From positions 443-64,442 of the forward strand of contig CAZNFL010000009.1 in assembly GCA_964572455.1 (NCBI GenBank): a DNA stretch of 64,000 bases, read 5' to 3'. This document shows, piece after piece, positions 38,154 to 46,282 of this stretch. Within the stretch, counting starts at the first letter, position 1, and each line of letters opens with the position of its first letter. Source of the DNA: an uncultured Anaerolineaceae bacterium (GTDB lineage: Bacteria; Chloroflexota; Anaerolineae; Anaerolineales; UBA11579). The position numbers and the translations under genes are program-made. The notes beneath the pieces are model-generated. The model saw only the letters and a list, made by a program, of their open reading frames with translations. It was not told the DNA's origin and did no database searches.

Positions 38154-38672
38154 ATGAAGAAATTGCTTGTGCCGATTGGGGTGCTTATCCTTTCGCTGGC
38201 GCTGTCAAGCTGCGGGCCGACGGCAACAGGTCAAGCAGATGAGGCCGGGCCAGACGGTGCAACAGAGGCCACAACCACATCGCCTGCGGGTACAGCCACA
38301 GAAACGGTAGCGAGCACGGCCACTGAAGAGCCAATGGATACAGAGGGAGTGGCTCTGGACCTCCTTAAGGTGGGTGATCTAGTTCCCTTTGCCCCGGACT
38401 GGTTTGACACAACTCAGGACATCCACCTCCCCGCGCCAGGGAGTAATGGCCGTTTGGTAAGGTATGGTGGCTTGGAAAGCGTTGTCTTCGCAGAAAATGA
38501 TCATTTGTACATCTATGCGCCTCTTTCTCCCACCGAACCTGGGAAAAATATTATCTTTGGTGGGCTCACACCGGATACCTACATCAATTTCGACTTGACG
38601 GCAAGCTTCAATTTGCAAGGAGGGTATTTAGGAGACTACCCAGCGCCAATTGCGAAGTTAAAATGGTGCTAA
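38154..38672 (+). CDS. hypothetical lipoprotein
   Basis: MKKLLVPIGVLILSLALSSC lipobox. Confidence 0.6.
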   Translation: MKKLLVPIGVLILSLALSSCGPTATGQADEAGPDGATEATTTSPAGTATETVASTATEEPMDTEGVALDLLKVGDLVPFAPDWFDTTQDIHLPAPGSNGRLVRYGGLESVVFAENDHLYIYAPLSPTEPGKNIIFGGLTPDTYINFDLTASFNLQGGYLGDYPAPIAKLKWC

Positions 38673-38687
38673 ACCCATAATGCTGAC

Positions 38688-38779
38688 GAGGAATCCCTTT
38701 GTATTCGTCGACCTCTGTAAAGGGATTCCTCCCATTCGCTTCGCTCAGGGCAGGCTCTGCTTTGCTCCTCGGAATGACA
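38688..38779. repeat. composite intergenic repeat
   Basis: Perfect 13-bp inverted repeat gaggaatcccttt (38688-38700) / aaagggattcctc (38719-38731). It is followed by ttcgcttcgctcagggcaggctctg (also at ~51884-51908) and ...ctcggaatgaca. Confidence 0.65.
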
Positions 38780-38813
38780 GGTTTCTTGTTAAGAATGGCA
38801 ACAAGTTCTAGCA

Positions 38814-39200
38814 ATGCCACTAAAATTTGAACTTTCAGCCTTTGTTTCCCGTCCTCCGCAGGAAGTTTATGATGCCTGGCTGGACTCCAAAGGGCATACC
38901 AAGATGACCGGTGCCAAGGCGAAGGTCAGTGACAAAGTGGGCGGCGTGTTCGAAGCCTGGGATGGCTACATCAGCGGCCGCAACCTGGAGCTCGAGCCGG
39001 GCAAGCGCATCCTACAGTCCTGGCGCACATCTGAATTTGCGGACTCGGAAGGTGATTCGCAGGTCGAAATCCTGTTCAAACCCGCCAAAGGCGGCACCAA
39101 GCTTACGTTGCGCCATACCAAGCTTCCCCAACATGGCGAAACGTATCGGCAGGGATGGGTGGATAATTATTTTGAGCCGATGAAAGCGTATTTCGAGTGA
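38814..39200 (+). CDS. SRPBCC (AHSA1/START-like) domain protein
   Basis: 128 aa. FVSRPPQEVYDAWLDSKGHTKMTG...GRNLELEPGKRILQSW...TKLTLRH. Confidence 0.7.
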   Translation: MPLKFELSAFVSRPPQEVYDAWLDSKGHTKMTGAKAKVSDKVGGVFEAWDGYISGRNLELEPGKRILQSWRTSEFADSEGDSQVEILFKPAKGGTKLTLRHTKLPQHGETYRQGWVDNYFEPMKAYFE

Positions 39201-39224
39201 CGCGCCATTAGAAAATAGCCCGCA

Positions 39225-39713
39225 TTGAAGAAAAGCGGATTCAAATCAAAATTAGCAGTCACATCTTTGGACAAAAAGATCGCTGAGCTTGCGAGCAAAA
39301 GCGATCACAGAATTCTTGCTTTGTGGGCGGCGGATTGCGCAGAGCGCGCCTTGCCCTGCTTTGAGAACAAATCCCCCGGAGATAATCGCCCCCGAAAGGC
39401 AATTGCCGCCTGCCGAGAGTGGGCGCGCAGCGGCGTGTTTAGGATGGCGGATGTGCGCAGGGTTTCGTTGGCGGCGCATGCGGCCGCACGCGAAGTGGAA
39501 GGAGACAACCCAGCTCGCTCTGCTGCGCGGGCTGCGGGGCAAGCCATGGCGACCGCCCATGTTCACAGGCATGCAGTCGCGGCAGCCAGGTATGCCGCGA
39601 CGGCGGTGCGGGATGCAAGCGAGGCTACGGAGGCCCCAGCTGCCACAGCCAAAGAGCGGGAGTGGCAATACAAGCGCTTGTTAGCTCTTGGAAAATTGCG
39701 TGAAGCTGACTAG
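39225..39713 (+). CDS. Ala-rich helical protein of unknown function
   Basis: LALWAADCAERALPCFE...PRKAIAACREWARSG...AAHAAAREV pattern. I recall similar unnamed proteins but cannot name a family with confidence. Confidence 0.45.
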   Translation: MKKSGFKSKLAVTSLDKKIAELASKSDHRILALWAADCAERALPCFENKSPGDNRPRKAIAACREWARSGVFRMADVRRVSLAAHAAAREVEGDNPARSAARAAGQAMATAHVHRHAVAAARYAATAVRDASEATEAPAATAKEREWQYKRLLALGKLREAD

Positions 39714-39743
39714 TCTTTGGCTCTTCAGTCTTGTTTTTAGAAG

Positions 39744-40286
39744 CTAGCTTCCCCTAAGCTTCACCCACAAAAACCAATATTTAGAATTCGGGAACGCCAA
39801 CTTGGCTTCCTCGCCCCAAATGAAGCCGCCGCTTTCGGTCAGGGCTTTCAGCTGGCTGTCGGCGGCGGCCAGTTGGCCGCGCAGGCCGGGTGCCTCGCCC
39901 GCCAGCAATTCGAGCAGGGCGCGCAGGCGCGCCTCGGTGGCATAGTAGGCGGTACGCGGGCCGCGCTGCTCGCCCAATTCGCTCAGGAAATTCGTCCATT
40001 GGCGAAGGCGGGAGGCGAATTCCTTCTCGACCTTTTTCTCCCACGCCGAGCGCCATTCCTTTTTAAGCGCCGCCAACTGCTTGGCGTCGGCGGCGGGCAG
40101 CTCGCCGACGCCTTCTAGAAATTCCTTGGCTAGCAGCAAGTTGCCCAGGGTCAACTGCTGGCCGCTGCCAACGTTCCAAAAGATCTCGTTGGACAGCAAA
40201 TAGTCTTTGAGCTGGCCGAGGCCGTCTTGCAGTAAAGAAATTTCGGAGGTGGCAGAAAATTTCGGCATACTCTTTTTATCTGTCAT
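39744..40286 (-). CDS. hypothetical protein
   Basis: 180 aa, helical. The first ATG lies inside the terminal repeat of the adjacent MITE-like element; an alternative ATG is at 40268. Confidence 0.5.
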   Translation of the reverse strand: MTDKKSMPKFSATSEISLLQDGLGQLKDYLLSNEIFWNVGSGQQLTLGNLLLAKEFLEGVGELPAADAKQLAALKKEWRSAWEKKVEKEFASRLRQWTNFLSELGEQRGPRTAYYATEARLRALLELLAGEAPGLRGQLAAADSQLKALTESGGFIWGEEAKLAFPNSKYWFLWVKLRGS

Positions 40287-40379
40287 TGCGAGGAGTGCCC
40301 CACGCAGTGGGCCGACGTGGCAATGTCCCGGAAGCTTTGCAAATGATCTGGGAGATTGCTTCGCTCCGCTCGCAATGAC
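40281..40379. repeat. family C MITE-like element (TGTCATTGCGAGG ... CTCGCAATGAC)
   Basis: 99 nt filling the gap between two minus-strand genes. Confidence 0.7.
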
Positions 40380-40385
40380 GGTGGG

Positions 40386-41702
40386 TCATTGCATAAATAG
40401 GGAAACCGGGTTCTCCAAATATTGCGCAAGCGCCTGCAGGTAGCGGGCCGCTTCGGCGCCGTCGCTGACCCGGTGGTCCACCGAGATGGTGGCGCGCATA
40501 CGCCAGCCGGGCACGATCTTCCCGTCTTTCACCACAGCCTGCTGCTGGGCGGAGCCCAGCGCCAGGATGGCGACTTCGGGCGGGTTGATGATGGCGGTGA
40601 ACTCGTAGACGTCGTACATGCCCAGGTTGCTGATCGTGAAGGTGGAGCCTTCGATATCCTCAGGGCTCACTTTGCCGCCGCGCACGCGCTCGGCCATCTG
40701 CTTGACCTCTATCGATATCTGGCGCAGCGGTTTGCGATCTGCATCGCGGCACACCACCACCAGCAGGCCATTCTCCACCGCCACAGCCACGCCGATGTTG
40801 ACCTGGCCAAATTGCAATACGGCGTCGCCATCCAGCTTGGCGCTCAAATTGGGAAAGGAGCGCAGCGCCAGGGCGGCGGCCTTGACCACGAAGTCGTTCA
40901 CCGAAAGCTTTTCGCCGCTGCTTTCCAGCAGGGCATTGGCCTGGGCGCGAGCGTCCATCAGGCGGTCCATGTCGTAATCGTGGGTGACGTAGAAATGGGG
41001 CGCCTCGTGCATCGATTGCGTCATGCGCCGGCCGATGGCTGCCCGCAGGCGGCTGAGCGGCACGCGCTTGTCAGCCGGCGGGGGACCCAGCTCAGCCAAC
41101 TGCAAACCCGGGATCCCGGGTAGGGCAGCGCCGGCCTTGGCGCCTTCGATGTCTTTCTTGATGATGCGGCCCAGGGGACCCGAGCCGCGAACAGATCGCA
41201 AATTTACGCCGCGCTCTTCGGCCAGCTTGCGCGCCAAAGGTGAGGCGCGCACGCCCCTCGGCAAGTTGCCGTTGCCATCAAGGGCGTTTTCAACTGGAGG
41301 TGATTTGGCCCCGGGCTTGCTTTGGGGTTCAATCGCTTGATCAGTTAATCGGTTAATCGGTTGCTCTTTATTCACCGATTGCTTTTGATCAACAGATTGT
41401 TCTGTCTTCTTTTCATCCTTCGGTGGAACATCGCTCCCCGGCGCGCTAGCCTCCACGGTCTCGCCTGCTTTGCCCACCGCGGCGATCGGCTTGCCGACTG
41501 GCACAGCGGCGCCTTCGGTAACCAGGTGCTTCAGCACAACGCCGCTATATTGCGACTCAACTTCGACAGTGGCTTTGTCGGTCTCGATCTCGGCCAGCAG
41601 TTCCCCCTTCTCCACCTTGTCGCCTTCCTTCTTGGCCCAGCGCACCAAGGTGCCTTCGGCCATATCGAAGCCCAGCTTGGGCATGCTAATGATGTCAGCC
41701 AT
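40386..41702 (-). CDS. dihydrolipoamide acyltransferase (E2) of a 2-oxoacid dehydrogenase complex
   Basis: Lipoyl domain EIETDKATVEVES, E3/E1-binding domain ASPLARKLAEERGV, catalytic DHRVSDGA. Confidence 0.9.
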   Translation of the reverse strand: MADIISMPKLGFDMAEGTLVRWAKKEGDKVEKGELLAEIETDKATVEVESQYSGVVLKHLVTEGAAVPVGKPIAAVGKAGETVEASAPGSDVPPKDEKKTEQSVDQKQSVNKEQPINRLTDQAIEPQSKPGAKSPPVENALDGNGNLPRGVRASPLARKLAEERGVNLRSVRGSGPLGRIIKKDIEGAKAGAALPGIPGLQLAELGPPPADKRVPLSRLRAAIGRRMTQSMHEAPHFYVTHDYDMDRLMDARAQANALLESSGEKLSVNDFVVKAAALALRSFPNLSAKLDGDAVLQFGQVNIGVAVAVENGLLVVVCRDADRKPLRQISIEVKQMAERVRGGKVSPEDIEGSTFTISNLGMYDVYEFTAIINPPEVAILALGSAQQQAVVKDGKIVPGWRMRATISVDHRVSDGAEAARYLQALAQYLENPVSLFMQ

Positions 41703-42672
41703 TTAACACCTCTTTGACCGCGGCCACTACATCCGCCACCTGGGGCAAGGCGGACTGCTCCAGGGCCCGGTTATAAGGCAGCGGCACTTCTTTTTGCGCC
41801 ACGCGCTTGATGGGAGCGTCGGCGTAGTCGAAGGCTTGTTCATACAAACGGGAGGTCACTTCCGAACCGACCCCGAAGCTCTTCCAGCCTTCTTCCACCA
41901 CGACGGCGCGGTTAGTCTTCTTGAACGATTCCAACACCGGCCCCATGTCGAGCGGACGCAGCGAGCGCAGATCCACCACTTCGGCGTTGATGCCTTCGCC
42001 GGCCAGCTGCTCGGCGGCCTGCATCGAAAGCTGCAGGCCGCGGCAATAAGTAACAATGGTCACATCGCTGCCCTCGCGCTGCACTTTGGAGACGCCGATA
42101 GGTATGGTGTAATCACCTTCCGGCACTTCACCCTTTACCTGGTACATAGCTGCGTGTTCAATAAAAAGCACCGGGTCGTCGTCGCGGATGGCCGCTTTCA
42201 GCAGCCCCTTGGCGTCCCCCGGGGTTCCCGGTGAAACGACCTTGAGGCCCGGAAAATGGGCGAAGATGGCATCTGGCGTCTGCGAATGCGTGGCGCCCAA
42301 TTGGCGTCCGCCGCCGCTCGCCGTGCGGATCACCAGCGGCACCTTCATCTGCCCGCCGAACATGGTGCGTAGCTTGGGAGCCTCGTTGACGATGTGGTCC
42401 ATGGCCACGAAGGCGAAGTTGATCGTCATCAATTCGGAGACGGGGCGCAGGCCCACCAGCGCCGCGCCGATGCCGGCGCCGATGATGGCTGCCTCGGAGA
42501 TGGGCGTATCCCGCACACGTTTCTCGCCAAAGTGCTCGTAAAAACCTTTGGTGACCGCGTAGGTGCCGCCCCACACGCCCACTTCTTCTCCCATGATGAA
42601 GACTTTGTCGTCGCGCTCCATCTCCTCCCAAAGGGCATCGGAGATGGCCTGGCGCATGGTGATCTCAGCCAT
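41695..42672 (-). CDS. pdhB: 2-oxoacid (pyruvate-type) dehydrogenase E1 beta subunit
   Basis: Transketolase-like pyrimidine-binding and C-terminal domains (RVRDTPISEAAIIGAGIGAA...). Overlaps both neighbours. Confidence 0.8.
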   Translation of the reverse strand: MAEITMRQAISDALWEEMERDDKVFIMGEEVGVWGGTYAVTKGFYEHFGEKRVRDTPISEAAIIGAGIGAALVGLRPVSELMTINFAFVAMDHIVNEAPKLRTMFGGQMKVPLVIRTASGGGRQLGATHSQTPDAIFAHFPGLKVVSPGTPGDAKGLLKAAIRDDDPVLFIEHAAMYQVKGEVPEGDYTIPIGVSKVQREGSDVTIVTYCRGLQLSMQAAEQLAGEGINAEVVDLRSLRPLDMGPVLESFKKTNRAVVVEEGWKSFGVGSEVTSRLYEQAFDYADAPIKRVAQKEVPLPYNRALEQSALPQVADVVAAVKEVLNG

Positions 42673-43711
42673 GGTTGTGCTCCCCGCTGGCGTACGTGTA
42701 ATCGAAGAGCGTGTCCAGGCCGGGCTCGGGGCTGCTCTCGGCGAATTCCACAGCCTCTTTCACTTCGTCCTCAACTGACTTTTCTATTTTTTCCAGGTCG
42801 GCCTTGGTGGCCAGCTCCTGCTTCACTAAATAGCGGTTGTAAATACCGATCGGGTCGGCCTTCTCCCATTTGGTGACTTCATCTTTCTGGCGGTAGCGCT
42901 GCGGGTCGCCTATGGAGTGACCCTGGAAGCGATAGGTGACGATCTCGAGGAAATATGGGCCCTTGCCGGTGCGTACGTACTCCAGGGCAGCTTCGCTGCC
43001 CTTTCGTACGTTCATAATATCCATGCCGTCGTCCAAGCGCGAGTGCGGGATGCCGTAGCCTTCGGCTTTCATGTGGATCTCTTCGACCGCCGAGGCGCGA
43101 CCCACAGTGGTTCCCATACCGTATTGGTTGTTTTCGCACACCCACAGCACAGGCAAATTCCAAACTTTTGATAAGTTCACCGCTTCATGGAAAAAGCCGA
43201 TGTTAGTGGCTCCGTCGCCGAACATGCAGATCGTGACAGCTTTGTTGCCCAGATATTGATCGCCGAGCGCCATACCGGCGGCCAGCGGCAGGTGCGAGCC
43301 GACGATGGCATGCCCGCCCCAGTAATTCTTGCTCACATCGGCCATGTGCATGGAGCCGCCGCGGCCTTTGGAGATACCGGTCTCTTTGCCCAGCAGCTCA
43401 GCCATGACCTCTTTGGCGCTGATGCCGCAATTGATGGCCACGCCATGATCGCGGTAGGCAGTGATGACGCGATCTTCCGGTTTGCGGACGGAGATCAGCC
43501 CGGTGCTGACCGCTTCCTGGCCGATGTATAGATGAAGAAATCCGCCGATCTTCCCCTCTTGGTAGAGTTCGGCGGCGCGCTGTTCAATGCGGCGGATGAG
43601 CACCATCTGGCGATACAGCTCCAGATGGTCTATTTTGTTCAATGTCATAGAAGATTGCCGTTCTACCATCTTTTTGGGGGACGCCTTGCTGACTTTTTGT
43701 TTCATATGCAA
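42665..43711 (-). CDS. pdhA: 2-oxoacid (pyruvate-type) dehydrogenase E1 alpha subunit
   Basis: TPP motif GDGATNIG...N, and GKGGSMH-like GRGGSMHMAD. Confidence 0.8.
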   Translation of the reverse strand: MHMKQKVSKASPKKMVERQSSMTLNKIDHLELYRQMVLIRRIEQRAAELYQEGKIGGFLHLYIGQEAVSTGLISVRKPEDRVITAYRDHGVAINCGISAKEVMAELLGKETGISKGRGGSMHMADVSKNYWGGHAIVGSHLPLAAGMALGDQYLGNKAVTICMFGDGATNIGFFHEAVNLSKVWNLPVLWVCENNQYGMGTTVGRASAVEEIHMKAEGYGIPHSRLDDGMDIMNVRKGSEAALEYVRTGKGPYFLEIVTYRFQGHSIGDPQRYRQKDEVTKWEKADPIGIYNRYLVKQELATKADLEKIEKSVEDEVKEAVEFAESSPEPGLDTLFDYTYASGEHNHG

Positions 43712-43723
43712 AAAGCGATTATA

Positions 43724-44194
43724 TCAAGGGTCTTGCAATAAATTCTTGATCGACTTTACATCGACGATAACCCATTCTTGGTTTTGCCTCATTACAAACC
43801 TATGCTTCTTGAACCCATTGCATTTTGCACAAGCCACAAGGAAATTCGACGGGTGATTAGAGCCGAAGCTTTGGCGTGGGACTTTCCTACCAATTGGAGC
43901 TGATGCACCCCGTAAATGTTTGTTAAGTTCGTTCGTGGAAATAGGGATGATGTGATCAATAACGAGGTTTTCGCTATCGCAGTCTTCCACAAGCCGAAGC
44001 TCACACTTGTTTCTACCTTGATCGGCCAGTTCCCGAAGAGTTATTTTCCTTATTTTGTTAAAAGCCGCTCTCTTCAGACGCGGTTCGCTGAAATCAAATC
44101 GAGCCGAAGAAATTCCTTCTTCGCCAAGGATATAAGCGAAAAAACGTTCGTCTTCAGGAAAACCAAAGCCTGGTTTTTGAGTTTTTGTTTGCAC
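43724..44194 (-). CDS. free-standing HNH endonuclease
   Basis: CELRLVEDCDSENLVIDHIIPIS...NFLVACAKCNGFKKHR. AT-richer than both flanking genes. Confidence 0.75.
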   Translation of the reverse strand: MQTKTQKPGFGFPEDERFFAYILGEEGISSARFDFSEPRLKRAAFNKIRKITLRELADQGRNKCELRLVEDCDSENLVIDHIIPISTNELNKHLRGASAPIGRKVPRQSFGSNHPSNFLVACAKCNGFKKHRFVMRQNQEWVIVDVKSIKNLLQDP

Positions 44195-44215
44195 TCCCCT
44201 AATATAATCCTTCTT

Positions 44216-44692
44216 ATGAACCTTGCCACCCTTCCGCTAACCTACGCCGCCACGGTCGAGCCCGATCACCTGGACCACCTCGATCATATGAACGTGATGT
44301 GGTACACGCATTTCTTCGACCTCGCTACCTGGGCCTGGTACGAGACCTTTGATTTCGGCAAAAGTTATCACCACGAAAGCGGCTTCGGCAGTTTCGCCCT
44401 GGAAACACACACCCGCTATTTGGCCGAGTTGCGCGCAGGCGACCAGGTGCGCATTTACACGCGCATGCTGGCGCGCAACGCCAAGCTATTCCATTACATG
44501 CATTTCATGCAGCGCGCTGGCGACGTAGAACTCTCCGCCACCTGTGAACTGCTGGGCATCCATGTGGACATGTCCAGCCGGCGCAGCGCGCCCATGCCGG
44601 AACGCATCGCCGCCCACTTCGACCGGCTGATCGCCGAGCATAGCCAGCTGGGCTGGGAAGCGCCGGTCAGCGGCGTTATCAAGATTAAATAG
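44216..44692 (+). CDS. acyl-CoA thioesterase (hotdog fold, 4HBT/YbgC-like)
   Basis: VEPDHLDHLDHMNVMWYTHFFD... Start set to ATG 44216 because the ORF-track extension is antisense to the HNH gene. Confidence 0.65.
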   Translation: MNLATLPLTYAATVEPDHLDHLDHMNVMWYTHFFDLATWAWYETFDFGKSYHHESGFGSFALETHTRYLAELRAGDQVRIYTRMLARNAKLFHYMHFMQRAGDVELSATCELLGIHVDMSSRRSAPMPERIAAHFDRLIAEHSQLGWEAPVSGVIKIK

Positions 44693-44738
44693 CCAGCAGC
44701 GGGAGGATGACAGAACGAGGGTTACTCAAGGGGGGAGT

Positions 44739-45169
44739 GGACCCGCGCTGAATGACAAGGTAGCTCACCCCAGAAATGAAAAAAAGAAGGTTTGCAGAAC
44801 GCGGTTATTCAGGGAGGTAGGGTTTTATGGATTCTTCGCTGGTGTTGATTCTACGTCTGGTATTGACTTAATTACACGCTCAGAATGACACGGGGAAGAT
44901 GGACCCGCGCTGGATGACAAAGGGGGTTCGCCCACAATGAAAAAGAAGGTTTGCCGAATGCGGTTATTCAGAGAGTAGGGTTTTATGGATTCTTCGCTGA
45001 TGTTGATTCTAAGCCTGGTACAGACTTAGATGCCTGCTCAGAATGACACAAGGGGTAAGTAGCAAGGGATTTGCAGAACGGGGTTATTCAGAGAGATAGG
45101 ACTTGAGGGATTCTTCGCTGGTGTTGATCCTACGTCTAGTAGTGACTTAATTACACGCTCAGATTGACA
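44739..45169 (+). repeat. tandem array of three family A repeat units
   Basis: Core units at 44789-44890, 44948-45048 and 45068-45169. The first two units share an additional ~50-nt leader (ggacccgcgctgRatgacaa...). Confidence 0.85.
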
Positions 45170-45219
45170 TATAAGGTAGGGGCGCAGCAAGCTGCGCCCC
45201 TACATCATAGCGGAGGTGA

Positions 45220-45501
45220 TTATTCCATCGCTTGGACGATATTTGCGCATGGCGCACCGCAGGCTTGGATCTCGTCGAAGATTGCATCGAGATATGGTCC
45301 AACGGTATGAACTACCGCGCCATTATCCAACGTCAAGGATACGTCGCCGCTGTGCAATTGCGCCACCATGGTCACGTCGCCGCTGCGCAGCAGCTCGACC
45401 GCCTGATCCCAGGGGATCGTAGCGCCCTCGGTAGGCAATACCGGCGAACAGGCCGCCAGCAGGAACAAAATCAATAGAACAGGGGTTAGCAGTTTTTTCA
45501 T
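45220..45501 (-). CDS. small lipoprotein
   Basis: MKKLLTPVLLILFLLAAC lipobox. Start moved to ATG 45501. Confidence 0.6.
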   Translation of the reverse strand: MKKLLTPVLLILFLLAACSPVLPTEGATIPWDQAVELLRSGDVTMVAQLHSGDVSLTLDNGAVVHTVGPYLDAIFDEIQACGAPCANIVQAME

Positions 45502-45671
45502 GGCTCCTCCAGATTGTGCTGAAAGAACGATGCCCGGGGCAGAAATGTTCCCGATCGCCAGGTCAATGGCACGGGTGTGCCAAGAATCAGAGTTCTTTAG
45601 CATCGAGATTCGGATAGCTCTTCGCTGCGCTCACAGTGACACGTTAGGTGGCTCAGAGGTACCCGGCTTGT

Positions 45672-46169
45672 CTATTGCTTAACCAGCTTCAACACCTTAT
45701 CCGGCACCCACTTACCTTCGTCATTCTGCCGCTCGTTGTAATGGGCGATCCAATCGCCCTTGGGCTTATTGTCCTTCAGCGGGTCCAGCTTCTCGGCCAC
45801 GCCGGCGGCCTCCAGAGTTTCGGGCCAGCAGGTGACGCCGAATTTCTTGAAGTTGCCACCCTTGACGACCCAGCGGGGATGGTCGCCGCCGGCGGCCAGC
45901 TTGATGCTCTCGACCTCGAACGACTTGCCGTTGCGCGTAGCGCCGCTATTTTCACTCGCGTCCTGGAGTTTGGCATTTTCAAACTCCCGCGGAGAACGGT
46001 TTTCGTTCTCCGCAGTCCAGCCATTATCGGACAGCAGCTGCACGAACAGCTTCACGCGGGCGATGAATTCCTTATCGGATTGCTGCTCGCTCTGGCGCAG
46101 GGTGAATTGGTCTTTGTTTCCCGCCGGGCTACGGAAGTAGCCGTTGAAAGATGCTGATGCTTGATTCAT
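45672..46169 (-). CDS. hypothetical protein
   Basis: 165 aa, hydrophilic, divergent from the NurA gene; no motif recognised. Confidence 0.5.
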   Translation of the reverse strand: MNQASASFNGYFRSPAGNKDQFTLRQSEQQSDKEFIARVKLFVQLLSDNGWTAENENRSPREFENAKLQDASENSGATRNGKSFEVESIKLAAGGDHPRWVVKGGNFKKFGVTCWPETLEAAGVAEKLDPLKDNKPKGDWIAHYNERQNDEGKWVPDKVLKLVKQ

Positions 46170-46282
46170 AGAAACCTCTTTACACTTGTTTGCTGAGTTC
46201 AGATAGCCTGACCGTTCCGATTACAATCCTTGCACAGGCAGGCTTTAGTCGTTACAATGAAACAAGTGTTCTAGATATTATC

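Noticed and set aside
44739-45169. Possible CRISPR array
   Set aside because: The units are ~100-160 nt and are themselves the repeated sequence. There are no unique spacers of regular length and no cas genes.
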